Positions 40,601 through 55,600 of a stretch of DNA of 64,000 nt are shown one piece after another. The stretch comes from Phoronis australis. Lineage: Eukaryota > Animalia > Phoronida. The stretch lies in the NCBI GenBank assembly GCA_002633005.1, contig NMRA01000871.1, positions 7,274-71,273 on the forward strand, read 5' to 3'. The position numbers and the translations under genes were made by a program. The first letter of the stretch is position 1, and the number at the start of each line of letters is the position of its first letter. The notes under the pieces are model-generated. The model had not been told where the DNA came from, did no database searches, and saw only the letters and a program-made list of their open reading frames with translations.

Positions 40601-43600
40601 CACGTCTTTGCAAATGTATCCTTGATTCTCTACTGCGTTACATGTACCTGCAGCGGAGTTCGATTGTCCTATAATGGCATTTTTATACGGATTTTGACGT
40701 CACGTTTGTTTTAAATAACCATTAAATATGAACTACCAAGTAAATGCATACTGCGACAAGACTTTGCAGTTCATATCGTCATGCAAACGGTGTGTTTATA
40801 AAGGTTATTTGTCCGTTGTATTACCGCAGAATGATTTCTTTCCCACTTTATATTGACTGTTCAATTGTCTATTTGGAGCATGCCGGAAGTTTGTTCGGCA
40901 TCTCACCGCAATGTAACACTGTAGATTAAAATTCACGGATATGTAATAATCTTCTCATTATTCTTTCTTTTTCCAGATGTTCCAAAGATTCAAATACCTA
41001 AAATCAGAGACGATGATATGACGGACCACAGCGTCAAGGTGAATTTGGTGCCTCCGAGCGACTATCCAAACTTTCGCGATATCAAGTAAGGATTTTGGGT
41101 CCATTTTTTCTAGAAAGCGTCTAACGGCAGATTGAACCAGAGACGGTAGTAAGCACGTTTTACAGGCGAATGCAACGCCGTTTGTTTTATGAAATTTACA
41201 TGGTGTGAGTAATGTATAATGCTAGGTTTTCTTAATCAGCATTAAAGGTGTTCGACACAGACTGCCAAATTAAAAAAGGGTTTGTCCGATTTTTAATTTA
41301 CGACATTTTTTAATTTTCATATTCTGTATGATTGACTTAGCCTACTGCAAATATATGTAAAATTAGAGTGTCTGCGAATGCGTTTTCGTGTTTAGCAGCC
41401 TAAACAGGGACACTTCTAGCCATGGGTTGTGTATTAATTTCGCTGCACTATGTCTGATGTTTTTTTGCGCTTTCATCATAAAATTTCGGATGACAAATTT
41501 TAACGCTGGCGTATGCAAACGTATTTGAGTACCTCAAATTTCAACGTTTAGGCGTGTACACAAAAATTACACTTTTGTTTTTAGTCCTTTGTTTAATTGT
41601 GATGCCCTTTGTATTTCTTAGGAAATAACACACAATTAGAAGGTTCCCTCTATATTAATCTTTTACGGTTGTGTAGAAAAAATAACAAAACTCTGAACAA
41701 GCGATTTCAACGAGCTTACTCTTCGTTTGAAGGCCAAGACAATTCATTTCAAGGCCCTAAAGTTATAAAAGGAATTAAGTTACGCATACTCAAGAAATAA
41801 CGTAAACCGTGAAATATGGAAAGCTGTTAAATTGAAAATCAGATATCTTCCATCGAAATTAATCCATTTTCAAAAATTATTTCTGTCATGTAAAATGTAT
41901 CTTTGCAAGAGGTTCACCTATTTGTATAATTGTTGCGAAGATAATTCGGTGAACCCCCACTTTTTAGATTTGTAGTAGGCAAGTAGCAGACAACAAAATA
42001 TTGAACTTAAAAAATCAAATATGAATTAAAATTGTGTCGAACCTCCTTCGTCAAAAACTACCCCCACGAGTTACGTTTCTGAGCTTCGTTCGGAAGTCAT
42101 GTCTTCTTAGCTATGACCGGGCATGCATGGCCTCTCTACTTGCATTGCAATATGACCACGTGCAGATTCTGAGTGGTATTGCAAAAGTTGTATAAACTCA
42201 TCTGAACGACAATCCAACCATTTAAAGCAGAACATGTTATGCAAACGGGTTCAGCCATTACGCGATTTCTTGTGATCACTAAGTCGTGCATAAAGCGCAT
42301 ATAAGGTTATTTAGGACCTTTATATGATTACTTGGATTGTTCTGAAACCCCCTAGACCCCACACCAAACAACTCCTTCGACCCGCGACCCCCTCTACCCT
42401 CGAACCCGACGACCCACGACCCCCACAACCCACGATACACAACCCTCCCGACACAGTCTACACAAGCTTGAATACATCTGAACTTAGAACAAGCTCTGAA
42501 TTGCAGGATCAAAGAGTTGGGTCGTGTGCTCGGCTGAGTTTTCCCTGTTTTTAGCAATTAGAAGAGTCTATCTGGCAAGTTGGAAGGCCAAAAACAGAAG
42601 AAGAAAAAACAACGCGATCAAATCAAATCAAAGACCTACCAAAGTACAGATATCGTATCCGCAGAGTTTGATCGTCTTGTCTGCTCTTCAGTAAATCGCA
42701 GATTTAAGGTTCATTCCGGAGAGTGCCGGGAACCGAAAAAAATGCAATTTCATCAGTAAATACAATTTGAAAATCATACTTTTACCTAAAAAGAATTTCA
42801 ACATGATATGCAGAATACTGTAAACAAGTAGAAAACAGAAAACAAATAATAAAAATGTGAAATTTTGTACATTCATGTTAGCGTAATCTCTCCCTAAGTT
42901 TAGTAGAACTGGGCCATTAGTAGCCGCTCGTGGAACTATTTCCGTCGGAACAATATCGCTCTCACAATGCGCTATTTCAGATCACAATGTCACGCCACTT
43001 GCTATTTTTAACACCGTACTTGAGTCCGAACAGCTTGGCCTGTAGGTATGTCTTATGGCAAAGCCACTCAACGATCCGTAATAAGATTATGAAATATGTA
43101 AAAATCGAAAAAATATTTCTATTGTCACTGGTTCTGGATCGAGGGTGTCGTGGATCGAGAGGGTTGTGGGTCGAGAAGGTCGAGGGTCGAGGGGGTTTCA
43201 GAACAATCTCCTTTAATAAGCCAAATACCATCAACACCATAGATTTTAAATTAGTAATGGTATATATATTCAGAAAGTTTTAACCTTGTTGAATGATTTT
43301 TGACAATTGTATTAATTCACCATTTAATTGGGTAACTCTGTTTTCGTTTTTAGAAAATTTCGCCAAGAATCACAGGTTCATTCACACAAAAACAACATGT
43401 AAATTCCTTTTGGTAAAACTATTCAAGAAAAGATATCAAAAACGCTGTAGCGCTTTCCTTTTTCTCAAAAAATTACAGGAGTCCAGTTTATTACAATCCC
43501 TGGCCTCATTCTAAAGTGGCCATTTTGAAGTCAAATCCTAACGCTGTTTTGAAAATCACAACGTGAAGCATAGTATATGAAAGTTTGACTTGAATCCGAC

Positions 43601-46600
43601 CAACCATTTCAGGCATATGTTATTTCAACGTTGACCAAATCTGCACAGTGGTCAAGGGTCCTACATACCATTAAGCATTTGAAGTACAGGTTAGCCTGGT
43701 CCTTAGGCGTTTCGACTGTCCTTTTTATGTGTATTACGAATTCTTCAGAATACAATGAATATACATAACCCCGAAAGTGCCAAGAGGCATTAGATTTGGG
43801 TTAAAAATACAAATAAGTCTATATAGAATTATTATACGACTGTCCTCAAGGGTTGGAGAAACAGTACTTTACTAATGCTGCATATCTTGATTAATTGGCA
43901 TTTGCAGGGAAAAACACTTAATTTAAATGACCAAATAAGTACACATTTTTATTTGAAGGCTTGGGTTTATGTTTCAGGTTTTATCTCATAGTCGTCGAGA
44001 GAATGAGTTTGTTGCCTATGCGACGACGAAGGTCCGTTAAATTAGACAGTAGTTCTTTGAAGGGGTACTCTGTCTCTGCGCAAAAGTACATTACAGCAAA
44101 TATTACGAGTTTAGACGGAGAATTGTCGTTTGTAATCGGAGACGGACAGGAATCCAACGGTTACAGAAATCAGGAGTTAAACACTGGGAAGCAATACCGG
44201 TTCATCTACGGTTTTGTCACCGAAAATGAAGGCGTAAGTTTTAAGACAGTTTCAACTTATTCTGATTGGTCATGTCAACTTTCATGTGTGAACCAAGGGT
44301 ATCGTTCATGGTAATTAGTAACTGTTTACATTCTGCCACACAGCACCGCGTCGGCTTTAGGAATAATTCCGGTCTAGTTGCCTAGCTCTCCACTCTACTA
44401 TACTTTGACGTGCATCACCAGAATATGCCATTCCTTCTTATTGATATAGGACAAGAAAGAGTATTACCAGTACATACCGTTTGAGGGCGTGGCTGAGGAG
44501 GAGGCTTACACAGGTACAGATATATAGATTGTGTTGAAGGTGGTACTCGACAGTTTGTCTGGTTTTGGACCAGGTCGTGGCAGATTCAACACTCGTTTTC
44601 ACAGAGTGTACAGTGAACAGTATGCTAGGCCAAAGGCTTCAAAAACATTGCAAAAATTCCTTTAAAACTGTTTCCAATGTACATGTAAAAATATTCGATT
44701 TTTTACAACTACTTTAAGCTAGTTTTCACCCCAAATTCAACATTCTCTTGCGATTACAACAATTTAAGAAATGAAACTTTCAGACTGAAAAAATACTTTG
44801 AAATGATAGAAATCAATTGAAAAATGAATGTTGATCGTTTGGATTTCAAAGAAATCTATCGTGTCTGGAAATTATCTGAATGTCTTTTTACAATGCAAGC
44901 TATGACTATTGATGGAAAGTCGCGTAGTTAGCAAAACGTTATAAAGGATCTACGACTTTAACGCAGATCAGGGTCAAATATCAAGAAATCGCCATCTGTA
45001 ATCTTCACATACTGCCCTAACAAATCAGCAGCTGGCAATTTTGATAAAAATTGGGTCCTGAATTCACCTGTGGTTCAGAACCACAGATGAGTGTAGGTGT
45101 TTATTTGTGGTCTGTACTTGAAAAATTTGCTATGGGGAATTTTCGCTTAGAGACATAAAGCCAGACACGATCAGTTTTAATTGGGTTTGCCTATCCTTAC
45201 AACAGTGTGTGGCTTCATGTCAGTTAGTTTGATGATACAAACCCTTCAGCTTTGCTGTTACATCATTGGGTATGTGACTGGTTGAGAATCTTATGGAAAT
45301 CGTTACTGCTCGTAAAATCCAAGGGCATCAACTTTCACACATACACTTGATACACCGCTGGACAAGTCGCCGTCAGACGCTAACTGTATTCCGTGAAATA
45401 GTTACTTTATTTTAAAGCAGCTTGCAGTAAATGTTCGTAATCATTTGCTTACAAGTACACAATTTTTAAAGGCATTTGCCTTATTCCATACTTTGTTGTT
45501 CGTTTTATTTCCGGCTACGTGTTTTACTTGCGTAATTTCGTATGTTGTTTCTGTTCTGGGAGACTGTTTCGTATAGAATGAAACCGCAGACACGTGGTTT
45601 CAGTAATTGATTTCTTACAATATGTTATCCCCCTCTTTGCTTACATCAGGGGCGGATCCAGGATTTTGAGGTGGGGGGCACGTCAGAGTATCAGCCAGGA
45701 TTTCGCTCGTCAGGCGTTCGCGCCCCCGAACTGCCAAATGGATCTACCAGAATTTTAGGGGGGCCATGGCCCCTTGACCCTCCTCTAAACCCACCACTGT
45801 ACATTGATCGGATGTTTTGCAATGGGAACGAGGGAAGACAATATAATGCGTCATTGCCAAAACAATCTTAATAGGGGTGCACACGACCTGAGCAAACGCA
45901 GTTCGTCAATGATTTTTTTGTGTCAGTGACGCAGGGCACGGCCCTGAAATATCCCTGCTCACCAACTCGATTTTATCGATGCTGTACATGAGGGTTCACC
46001 CATCAATACATTTATTGAGATTGATTCATTTTTTATGATTGAAAGTGCCGGAACCTTTTACTACCGCAGCGATTTGGTGAATTAAATTTACACATAGCAT
46101 GCCCGCAGTCACCCGCACTGTAGTAACAGAGTCGCTTTAGTTTGGTGTATTTGTATCTTATTTAACATATAGCAACAGTATTTTGAATTATCGACATTGC
46201 ATTTTAACTGTTACACCCAATGCATTACAATTTCCATCCTCAAACCTGCCTTCATTATCAGCTCTCTTTATAGTGAAAAATTGGAAGAAAGAACGGGAAA
46301 ACACCACTATTGGTGCAGTGGTAGGCACCGTAGCCGCAGTCATTTTGGTAATAGCGATCGCCGGCTTCGTGTTTTATAGGTAAGCAAAACACTCGTCTCA
46401 TAGGCGCGCTTGTATGTTCCTCTGTCGTTGTTCGATTGTGAGCAGAACGTACGCAAGTTATACTCATATTGCGCAATCATCTTCCTCGCTTCTTCGACCC
46501 GTCTGATATCTGAAGACATCAATGTTGTGAAAAGTCGTCAAGTAAATCTCTATCGAAACTTATGTGAGCTTAAGTTCTTACATTATCTGCAGTGTCATGC

Positions 46601-49600
46601 CTCACCAAGGATTTTTTATAGTTCAGATAATGTGTATACTTTATTGAAGACACGATTTCTCTCTGTTTTACGAGTTAATTTCAGCTCTTTTAAACTCTCT
46701 AAATAGAGACTTATTTTCACATGACAAGAGTGCAGTAAAAATGCAGTCGACATCAGTACGTAATATAATTTACAAGGCGCATTTATTATGAGACACATCT
46801 CATTTTCAGTCCCATTTGTAGTGATATATACCATGATATACAAATCTGACCACTGCTCACAAGTCCCATTAAATTCAGGTTCCCATTCACTCCGTCCATA
46901 CATGAAATAGCGAGACCGAGCTCAGAGGAGTAGGAGACACGTTTTTGCAATAGTCGATTGTCTGCCAGTAAGTCTAGCATTCAAACTCGGGTCTCTCAAA
47001 CCGGAGTCTGGACCTCAAACCACTGAGCCACACATTATTCGTCCAGCATTACATCAAATTATTAATGAAGCGTAACATAACTGAGTAAGCTTTCCCTTTA
47101 AAGACAATGGCTAGTTTCATGTTCACGATCCCCTTTCGTCAATTTGTAGGAGACGACGGGCAAACAAAAACCCTTCAACTGAGGAGCTGAGGATGGATGA
47201 CATCTCAACAATTGAAAACACAAGTTCATGTCAGTTAAATTTTGTATATTGTACTTTATATGTTGTTTAATCGTGTATGGACTTCTCTTTATGATGGTGT
47301 CATGTAAAATTGAACTTTTTGTGGGTGCTCTGTCTGCGTAGTCAGTAGCTGACGGCATGCGTATAAAGGCGGTCTTCTCGTTTTATTAGATTTTCTTTGT
47401 CCCACTTCTTGGAAAGATCGTCAGTTTCCATGTAACATCTGTTGCCACGTGAGTGCCTATTTGAATCTCAGTATGATTGCAGCCATATTTTCTACATTTT
47501 CACTGTCTGCTTCTGTGCAGCAACGTCCAACAATTACCAGGAAGCTGCCCAAGGTCCGGCTGTACGACCCAAAGAGAAACCAATGGCGCCACCTAAACCA
47601 ATAAATCCAACACCACCCGCAGAGCCAGTGTATTCCAACTTCAAGAAACCAATCTCCGTCGACGAATTGGATTCCTATGTAGCGAAGCGGTTGAGCGATG
47701 ACGATCTTGCAGATGAATATAAAGTGTGTTGCTTTATTTTCTTATTTTAGAAAAGGGGGAAGATTATACATTTATCAAAAGTCACAGTCGTAAATTTGAT
47801 ATATGGGTATTTAGTTAAAATGTGTTTGTTTGTGTTTGTGTTTGTGTTTGTGTGTGTGCGTTCGTGTTTATGTGTGTGCGCTTGTGTGCGTTTGTGTGAT
47901 TATGTGTGCGTGTGTTTGTGTGTGCGTGTGAGGGTGTGTGTTTGTGTGTGTGGGTGGACAGAAGCCGGAGAGCTTCAAAGACAAGTTACTTACTTCTATC
48001 GTACTTTACAATGCAAGTAAATTTGAATGGCAAGATAGTCATTATTTGCTTCTTATTTCTTGAGCATTTTTGAAAAACTGCCTGATGATGTCACTAGTAT
48101 AGTTAGGCAAATGAAACTGACGCGTCAGTACAATGTGTGAGAAAAAACAGTGAATCCTAACAGTGTTCACCCCTTAACTCCTGGACCGTTCACTTTGTCA
48201 CCTGCAGCCATTTGCAGGTTGAAATCCTACCTCCTGTGCACAACAGGACACCTCTTCTTTCATTTCTAAAAATCTAACTTTTATGCACATTTAAGCCCCC
48301 TTGTTGTTTATATTTGCCACAGCTTGTCAGAAATGTTCGTTATAACTGTTCATTCTAATACATGTGTATCACATTTTTATCGTTTTAGAGTTTGCCAAGT
48401 GGTCTTATTTTTCCCAGAAGTGCTGCCTTGAAAGATGACAACAAAACGAAAAATCGTTTTACCAACATTTTACCGTGTACGTATATACACCCTGTACATG
48501 TACGCATTTAACTCTCATCGAAATAACTTCAATTCATCGCTGATTTTTTTAAATTTCCAACTTCTGTGTTTTCCAGACACGTAATAATTTTGTTAGATAA
48601 TTATTTGTGTGTTTGAATATACAGCACCGAATTATTCTCGATACATTTAGTTCCTCCTTGACATTTACAGATAACAAAAACCGTGTGATTCTTGAGAAGA
48701 TACCGTCCGAACCAAATTCAGACTATATCAACGCTAGCTACATCGACGGTTACAAGAAACCTCGGGCCTTCATTGCTGCCATGGGTAAGTTACATTTCAA
48801 AGAACATGCACATGTATATCCACAGGTGGTCATTGCCCAAAAGATTAGGTCAAAGTAATTCGTAGCTTTTTCGGGTTGTCAATACTACGATTTTATCTCT
48901 CACCTATCAAGCCAGATTCCAAGTTTTGTGATGGGTAAGTTTGCATACCGGATTGTCTTTGAAACTACAAAGTCCCGATTATAACTTGCACGTAATTTAG
49001 TTTCACCGTTATCGCAGTGCCTATTATTGCGCGGATCAAGGATAAACTCATTCGATCCGAGATTAAACAATGAAAGATAGAAATGGCGGACCGAAGTGTA
49101 CTATCCTATTCACTTTTATCCTTTTTACTGCTCCTGTTTCACTCGGTGTCACCTTATCTTGCGCTATCGTTACGTCCTAAGGTTACATTTGTTCATGTAA
49201 AAGATGGTGTAAACTACTACATGTATGCTTTTCTAGGTCCGAATCGCCACACTGTAAAGGACTTTTGGAGGATGGTTTGGCAAGAAAACATAAATAGGAT
49301 TGTTATGTTGACTAACCCTGTGGAAGGCGGCAAGGTGAGCAGCTCATGGAATGTTTACTGCAGCTGCATAGTATAAAGTATTATTGTTTTGAGTCACGTA
49401 ACGTCTATTAACCATTAAAATGTAAAACAGAAAGCAAGTCTTAAGGAGAGCTTTGTGGTCTATATGTTACACCTGCTGTTACTCGCTAAACTCAATTTGC
49501 TATCGATTTCATTTTTAGAGAAAATGTGAAGTGTATTGGCCCGACTCCCACGAAGTAGAAAGATACGGCGACATCAACGTCACGTTGACTGGCAAAGAGA

Positions 49601-52600
49601 CAAAGCCCGATTATGTTGCAAGAACTTTTGAAGTACTCAAGGTAACCACTGTAAGTGTTTTCCGGATATTTATTTCTGCTTCAAAGCTATACATGTATAT
49701 CTACTTGTGTGTTTCTTACAATACACATATACTCTCCTCATCTCATTAAACAAATGGGTTGTCTAGCCTAACAAAACCTGTCACAGATTATCTGACGGAA
49801 TTGTACATGTGTATGAAAATACTTGACGGTGCTTATGTTAATGAAGTTCTCGCCACACTTCCGACATTCCACCTGTCTCTATGCTTCCGACAGCCAAAAC
49901 AAAACCAAGCTAGGGAACTAGTCCACTATCACTTCACATCTTGGGCGGATCACGATGTGCCGAAGAGTTCAGCTCTCTGGAAATTCTACCGCATGGTCAA
50001 GGAACGTATGAGTAGTGACGGAGATAAACATCCAACGGTCGTTCACTGCAGGTTTGAGAAACTGTTTGATTATTCATGTTACACTGAGTGACACAGTCAT
50101 GGTCCAGCTGATGACTCACATGAAGCGCTTCAATAGCACACTGTTTGATAATCTAATAATTTTGGAATAAGGAGCTGGAACTCCGAAGCTTCGAACTAAA
50201 CTCTGCATCTCTTTCAAACAGGGCAAAACTTCTAAAATAATTCGCGACCACTTGGGCGCTAATGAAGCTGTGTTGTTTGTTGCGATTATCTAGAACTTTC
50301 AGTTATCCACTGACAATATGGTTACCAAGGCTGACTTCGAACTGCAGAAACTTTGGTACGCGCCGGTTTATATGGCATCTGCAAAGTTATTTTAATATGT
50401 CCGTTTGTAGCGAACGTATTCTAATATTCTCGGTTTGACCACATTTCAAGTCAGTGATTAAGGCCAATACAACATAATATCGTGTTTACTTGAAGTGCTG
50501 GCGTAGGCAGGACTGGTACATTCATCATGATGGACATATTAAGTGAACAGATCAAAGCTGAGAATGTCCTTGACATTCTGGGACAAGTGTACTTGCTGCG
50601 ACAACAGAGAGTTAACATGGTGCAGACCTGGGTATGTTATTAACATGGTGCAGACCTGGGTATGTTATTAACATGGTGCAGACCTGGGTATGTTATTAAT
50701 ACCAACATTACTTGTCAGATTTGTTGTGCAATTCGGGAAAGTGGAAATTAAACATTTTTGGAAACCTCGTGGAGCAACAAATTGATTTTGTGAGTTTGAA
50801 TATGACGTCGCTCAATCTGAAGGTGGTTCTAAAGTGCTTATAACCAACATTTACCATGGTTTGATAAGTGACTTTATTGTCTGCTGCATTTCATAAAGAC
50901 AAGGAAATAGAAGAACAAAAAAATTGGAAGAGTCTCTTGTACAATTGTTTACCGTATCATCGCTTCTCTGTCTCGGGCGAAATTTATAAGACAACAGCGT
51001 TTCTCAAATACAGAGTTGTCACAACCTCAACAAGAGAAAACTTCAAGCCGTTCTTAACTACGTTGTAAACCACTGGAATACACGCAGAAATATCTGACGA
51101 TTTCTCACATTTAAAACAACGAAAGGTGACTAATACGGTATTGGTTGTCTTGATTCTACGTTGCATGCATCGACTAACAAATGCTTACAATTCGAAATCG
51201 GTTAATTTACATATCGCCAGATGGACCTTGCGGGTTGTACAAATTTGACAGCTGATCGAGGGAATTGATGTGTCTGTTTTTTGGTGTTTTGATATGGAAT
51301 GGGTGATTTAATGTGCTTTAAATAAAAAGGAGAAGTTGAAAAAAGTTTCGTATGTCACCCTCTTTAAGGATAAATGATGTTCCTTCATAGTCAGCCAAGC
51401 AAAATATGTTTACACTAAAGACAAACTTTTCGGGTCTGCGCAAGTCAAATAGTGTCAAAGGGTCATCAGCAGGGGTTGACCAACCCCTACACAAATTAGA
51501 ACATTTCATACTAGTTGAAGGCGATATATAATAAGATACATGTTCAAGATCAGTTTCTTGGAGTTAGGTAGAGCAGGGTATTTCGTTTCTATTGTTACAT
51601 GTAGGTCTATGGGATAGTGTCAACATTTTGCCTCTGTCACTCACAGGTTATTAGAGCTAAGTTTGCATATGCAATGGGATTATGGATCACTCTGCTTTTA
51701 CATACCACTGTCTAATTGTAATTCAACATTTCGATTGCCAAACTGTCACTTTCCAGTAGCAACCAGTGCACATCCTCGATCAATAACATCTCAAAAACCT
51801 CGAAACACATTAAATGTATTGAATTGTGCTAAACCATCTACTATTCCATTTTTAATCCTGAGTGCATCAACTAACAAAGTCATAACCATTTCGCGACTCA
51901 TCTTCCAGACTCAATACGAATTTATCCATTCTGCCATGGTTGAAAATATCTACGGCGGGGACACGTTCATTCCATCAAAAGATTACGAGAAAACTCTCTC
52001 CGAGCTGTTCACAGAGGAGCAAACCAAAGGTGTGAACACTCTACAAAAGGAGTTTCAGGTAACAGTTCTTTTCACCAGAAACATTCTATTCCTTGACCAG
52101 AACAAGTTTAATCCATAGGAGATTCGGCGCCCGCAATGGAAAACAATCAGAAGACTCTTGCTTACTCCTCTCACACACGTCAACCATTTTATGTTCTAAC
52201 CATAGCTGTTTTTGTAAAAAAAAACTACATGTATCACTGACGAGAACGAGTCAAGATAGTGTCTAACGTCAAAATACACTACATGTTCCTACTTACATGT
52301 ACCTATTAAATGATCTTACATCCAGTAACGGTGAGTATTGTTACATGTGTACAATCCTTGATAACGCATTACGCTGTGTCGATCAAGGCTCATGGTATGA
52401 GATTATTTCGACAAAAGAGATTGCCAGTAAAAGCCGTAAATACTTGCTAACAGACGGGTTATGTGTCGAGTAACAGCCAAAGCGAAGGTTTGCGTAATAA
52501 TTATGGCAGGTAACCTTTTGGCGCTACGCCGTAGAACTACAGAAATGACAAAATAGCGTAACAAATACGTAATTCCCGTATTGGTTGACATGCATGTTTC

Positions 52601-55600
52601 AACTACTATACTGCTCTAACAGGTGTGTTTTGAAATTATAGTCCAACTCGAGTATGTATATGGAGGTTAATTAGGACTTCTGTCTTGTAAGCGCATCAAC
52701 ATTGTCATGCCTTTCTAGTGAATGAAATTTTTGCTTTGATCACAAAACCAGGTGTGATGAGCAACTGTTGCTAAATGTTCTGTTGAGGCTGAAGGCTTTC
52801 ACTTTCGTTTTCAGACCCTTCGACGGCTCTGTCCTCCATGTGACCCAGAAGAATACGGCGCAGGAAGACTTCCTCAGAATACAAACAAGAATCGGTTCGC
52901 CAAGATCTTGCCTCGTGAGTTGTCAAGATAAATATTTTTTTGATCTGCTGGCCAATGTAACATATTCTCATTTATGTATGATTCCAAGGGAATTTAAAAA
53001 CTTAAACGTGTAGTTGTTAGTGGCTTAATTTGTCCTAGTGTTTTTTTCTTGGTTTTCTTCGAATTTGTAATTGATATTGCAACAATTCTCCGCAGTGGGT
53101 CGTGCACGTCCATACTTAATGACCCCGGGTGAAGAAGGCGGAACAGATTATATCAACGCCGTCTTTGTAAACGTAAGTAATATATCGCCACTGACCTCAG
53201 GGAAAAGCTGCTCAACGTTATCCTGTACATTTTATGTAACATTTTGGGCCAAGGTCTTAAATGTTGAAATAACTAAACTAAGTAACAACACTTAAGTGTG
53301 GTCGTCATCGGTCAATACAACACAAAAGTTGAGCTTATGCAACATAATTTAAGTCAGTTCTGAACTTGATGGGCGATTCAATACCGTAATGATAAAACTT
53401 GTTGCAGCTCGGCTGATATATGTGCTTTAAAGTACACAGTTCATGGTATTCTAGGTAACGTTATCGCTAGCGTCGTCACTGTAAATTGGAACCATGTTGA
53501 TACACAAAGCGAATTTCATGTCGTGTTAAATACTCAAATATTACAGGGCTTTCAACACCGCGACGCGTTCATAGTCACACAGATGCCCTTGCCGAACACT
53601 GTCTTCGATTTCTGGCGAATGATTTACGACCACGACAGTAGCACCATTGTCATGTTGAACGCTAGTGCAGATGGTGACAAGGTAAATACGTTCAGATGTG
53701 TACTATATTTATTATATCAGTTCTGCTGATGTTTTTGTGCTCTGATTTCGATTCATGTCTGTCCTCGTTTGTCAATTCTTTCACGAGATTTAGTTTCTAA
53801 AATGCGAATGTCTATCTATATTGGACTGTGGGCCCTTTGGACCTTACATTCTTTGAGCCATCAGACAGACGATAAAATACCAATCAAAATGATAAAACGA
53901 TCAACATTGTTTTTTAGTCCAAAGGACCAATTGTCTGAAAAATGTTTTCGATCTGTCGGTCATTCGTACTATTGACCTTTATCGCCTTGAACAACATGGG
54001 AATATGATCACGCGCCCATGCTCTATTTTACGTTGTAGACTTGCGCACGTTACTGGGCTGAAGAGGGCTCGGTTAAGTATGGTCACTTCAGAATTGAGAC
54101 TGCGGCTAAAAGGTTCGAGCACAACGAGCTTATAATTCACCGAACTTTTAACATCGTTGATACAAAGAAGGTATGGACTCCTTGATCAATCAGTTGCCTT
54201 AGAGGCTGTCAGTCGCAAGTATTGTAATTGTAGAAACTGCTATGTTCTATGTACTTGGATACTTAACCCATGTTGAAGAAATGACAATGGAGACTCTAAC
54301 ATTCGTTGTGCAAATAAGGTCTAAGTGTTCAAAATAAATTGTTTAAGATTCTAGAAGTTGCAAAAGTTTTGTCGTGACATTCTGTATATCATTGAAATCA
54401 CTAAATCCCATTGGAAGAACAAATTAGCCAATCCCCGCAGTACACACGTAATTTTGTGTCCAGATAAATTCCTTCTTTATGAGGAACTTTTGATAGAATA
54501 ACCTATTTGCCGAAAGCCTTTTTTAAACTAAGTGCCATTTCCTTGATAATCAACATTACCCCCACTCACAAATTGCTTAAATTCTTCTGGAAATGTTCCA
54601 AAGGTATCCTGCATTGCATGTCGCCTCGCATGTTTCTACATGTCTTCTGTGTGCTTCTATGAACGTAATATGTAATTATTTTAGACAAGCAGTGCACCTC
54701 GTCAAATTAAGCATTTTGAACTCACCAATTGGCCAAAGAATCAAAAGATACCACCTTCTGCCACTCAGCCTGCATTGATAGAGCTCTACGACCTAGTACA
54801 GAACAGGCAACGGAAAACTGAATCCAAGCCAGTCACTGTGCATTGTCTGTAAGTAACCATTTTAGGCTAAACATGTACATCTTTCGTTGTGTGTGTCTCT
54901 CCATGGTAAATATATTGTATAGCAGTACACTGTACCCACTTAGACCTAGCCTTGACAGAAAGGTAGCTGATTAATGACATGTTAACTTGGACACCCGCTG
55001 CAAAACTCTCTTGCAANGCCACGCATGCCAGGGATTTCTCGTGTAAAATTACCAAATAGCTCCCCGACCTCGGATCTTCTGTATGTTGAACTACTGTGCA
55101 GCTCCCAACTTAGTGCGAAGCGCTCTTTGTTTAAAGAGAATTTCTAACTCATCTACTGCCTGTGTTTGACTGTTTTTCTTGTGTGCAGGGACGGTTGTAT
55201 GCGTAGCGGTTTCTTTTGCTCCATGGCGAATCTGTTCGATAAGATCAAAGTAGAACAAGGCGTCGATGTCTTCCAAACCGTGAAGAGTGCGAGGTCGAAC
55301 AGACCAGAGTTCGTGCCTGACATTGTAAGTACCATTTTCAACTTAAGCAGTGGCAGATTCAGAGGGGGGCAAGAGCGTCATGACCTCCCTAAAATTCTCC
55401 CAGATTCCGTTTAGCAGTTAGGGGGTGCGAATGTCTCACGGGCAAAATCCTCGAAATACTCTGCCCTGGCTCCCTCTAACTCAAAATCCTGGATCTGCGC
55501 TGTTGTTTCATAAAGTCCTTCCCGCAGTGTTGTGACAGCGTGTGTATACTAAGGTGCAGCAAGCAAGTGTAAGGAATTCAGCTTCGGCTACTGTTCTTAA

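Noticed and set aside
42279-43283. Pro- and Gly-rich ORFs on both strands
   Set aside because: They arise from the C-rich and G-rich subterminal repeats of a MITE
43700-43752. Minus-strand CTGAAGA...GAAACG hammerhead-like motif
   Set aside because: Stem II cannot pair; probably chance
44474-44500. Similarity of the stalk exon to the 7290/15650 repeat (ccgtttgagggc)
   Set aside because: Match too short; probably coincidental
47796-48020. Cys/Val-rich ORF
   Set aside because: Translation of a TG microsatellite
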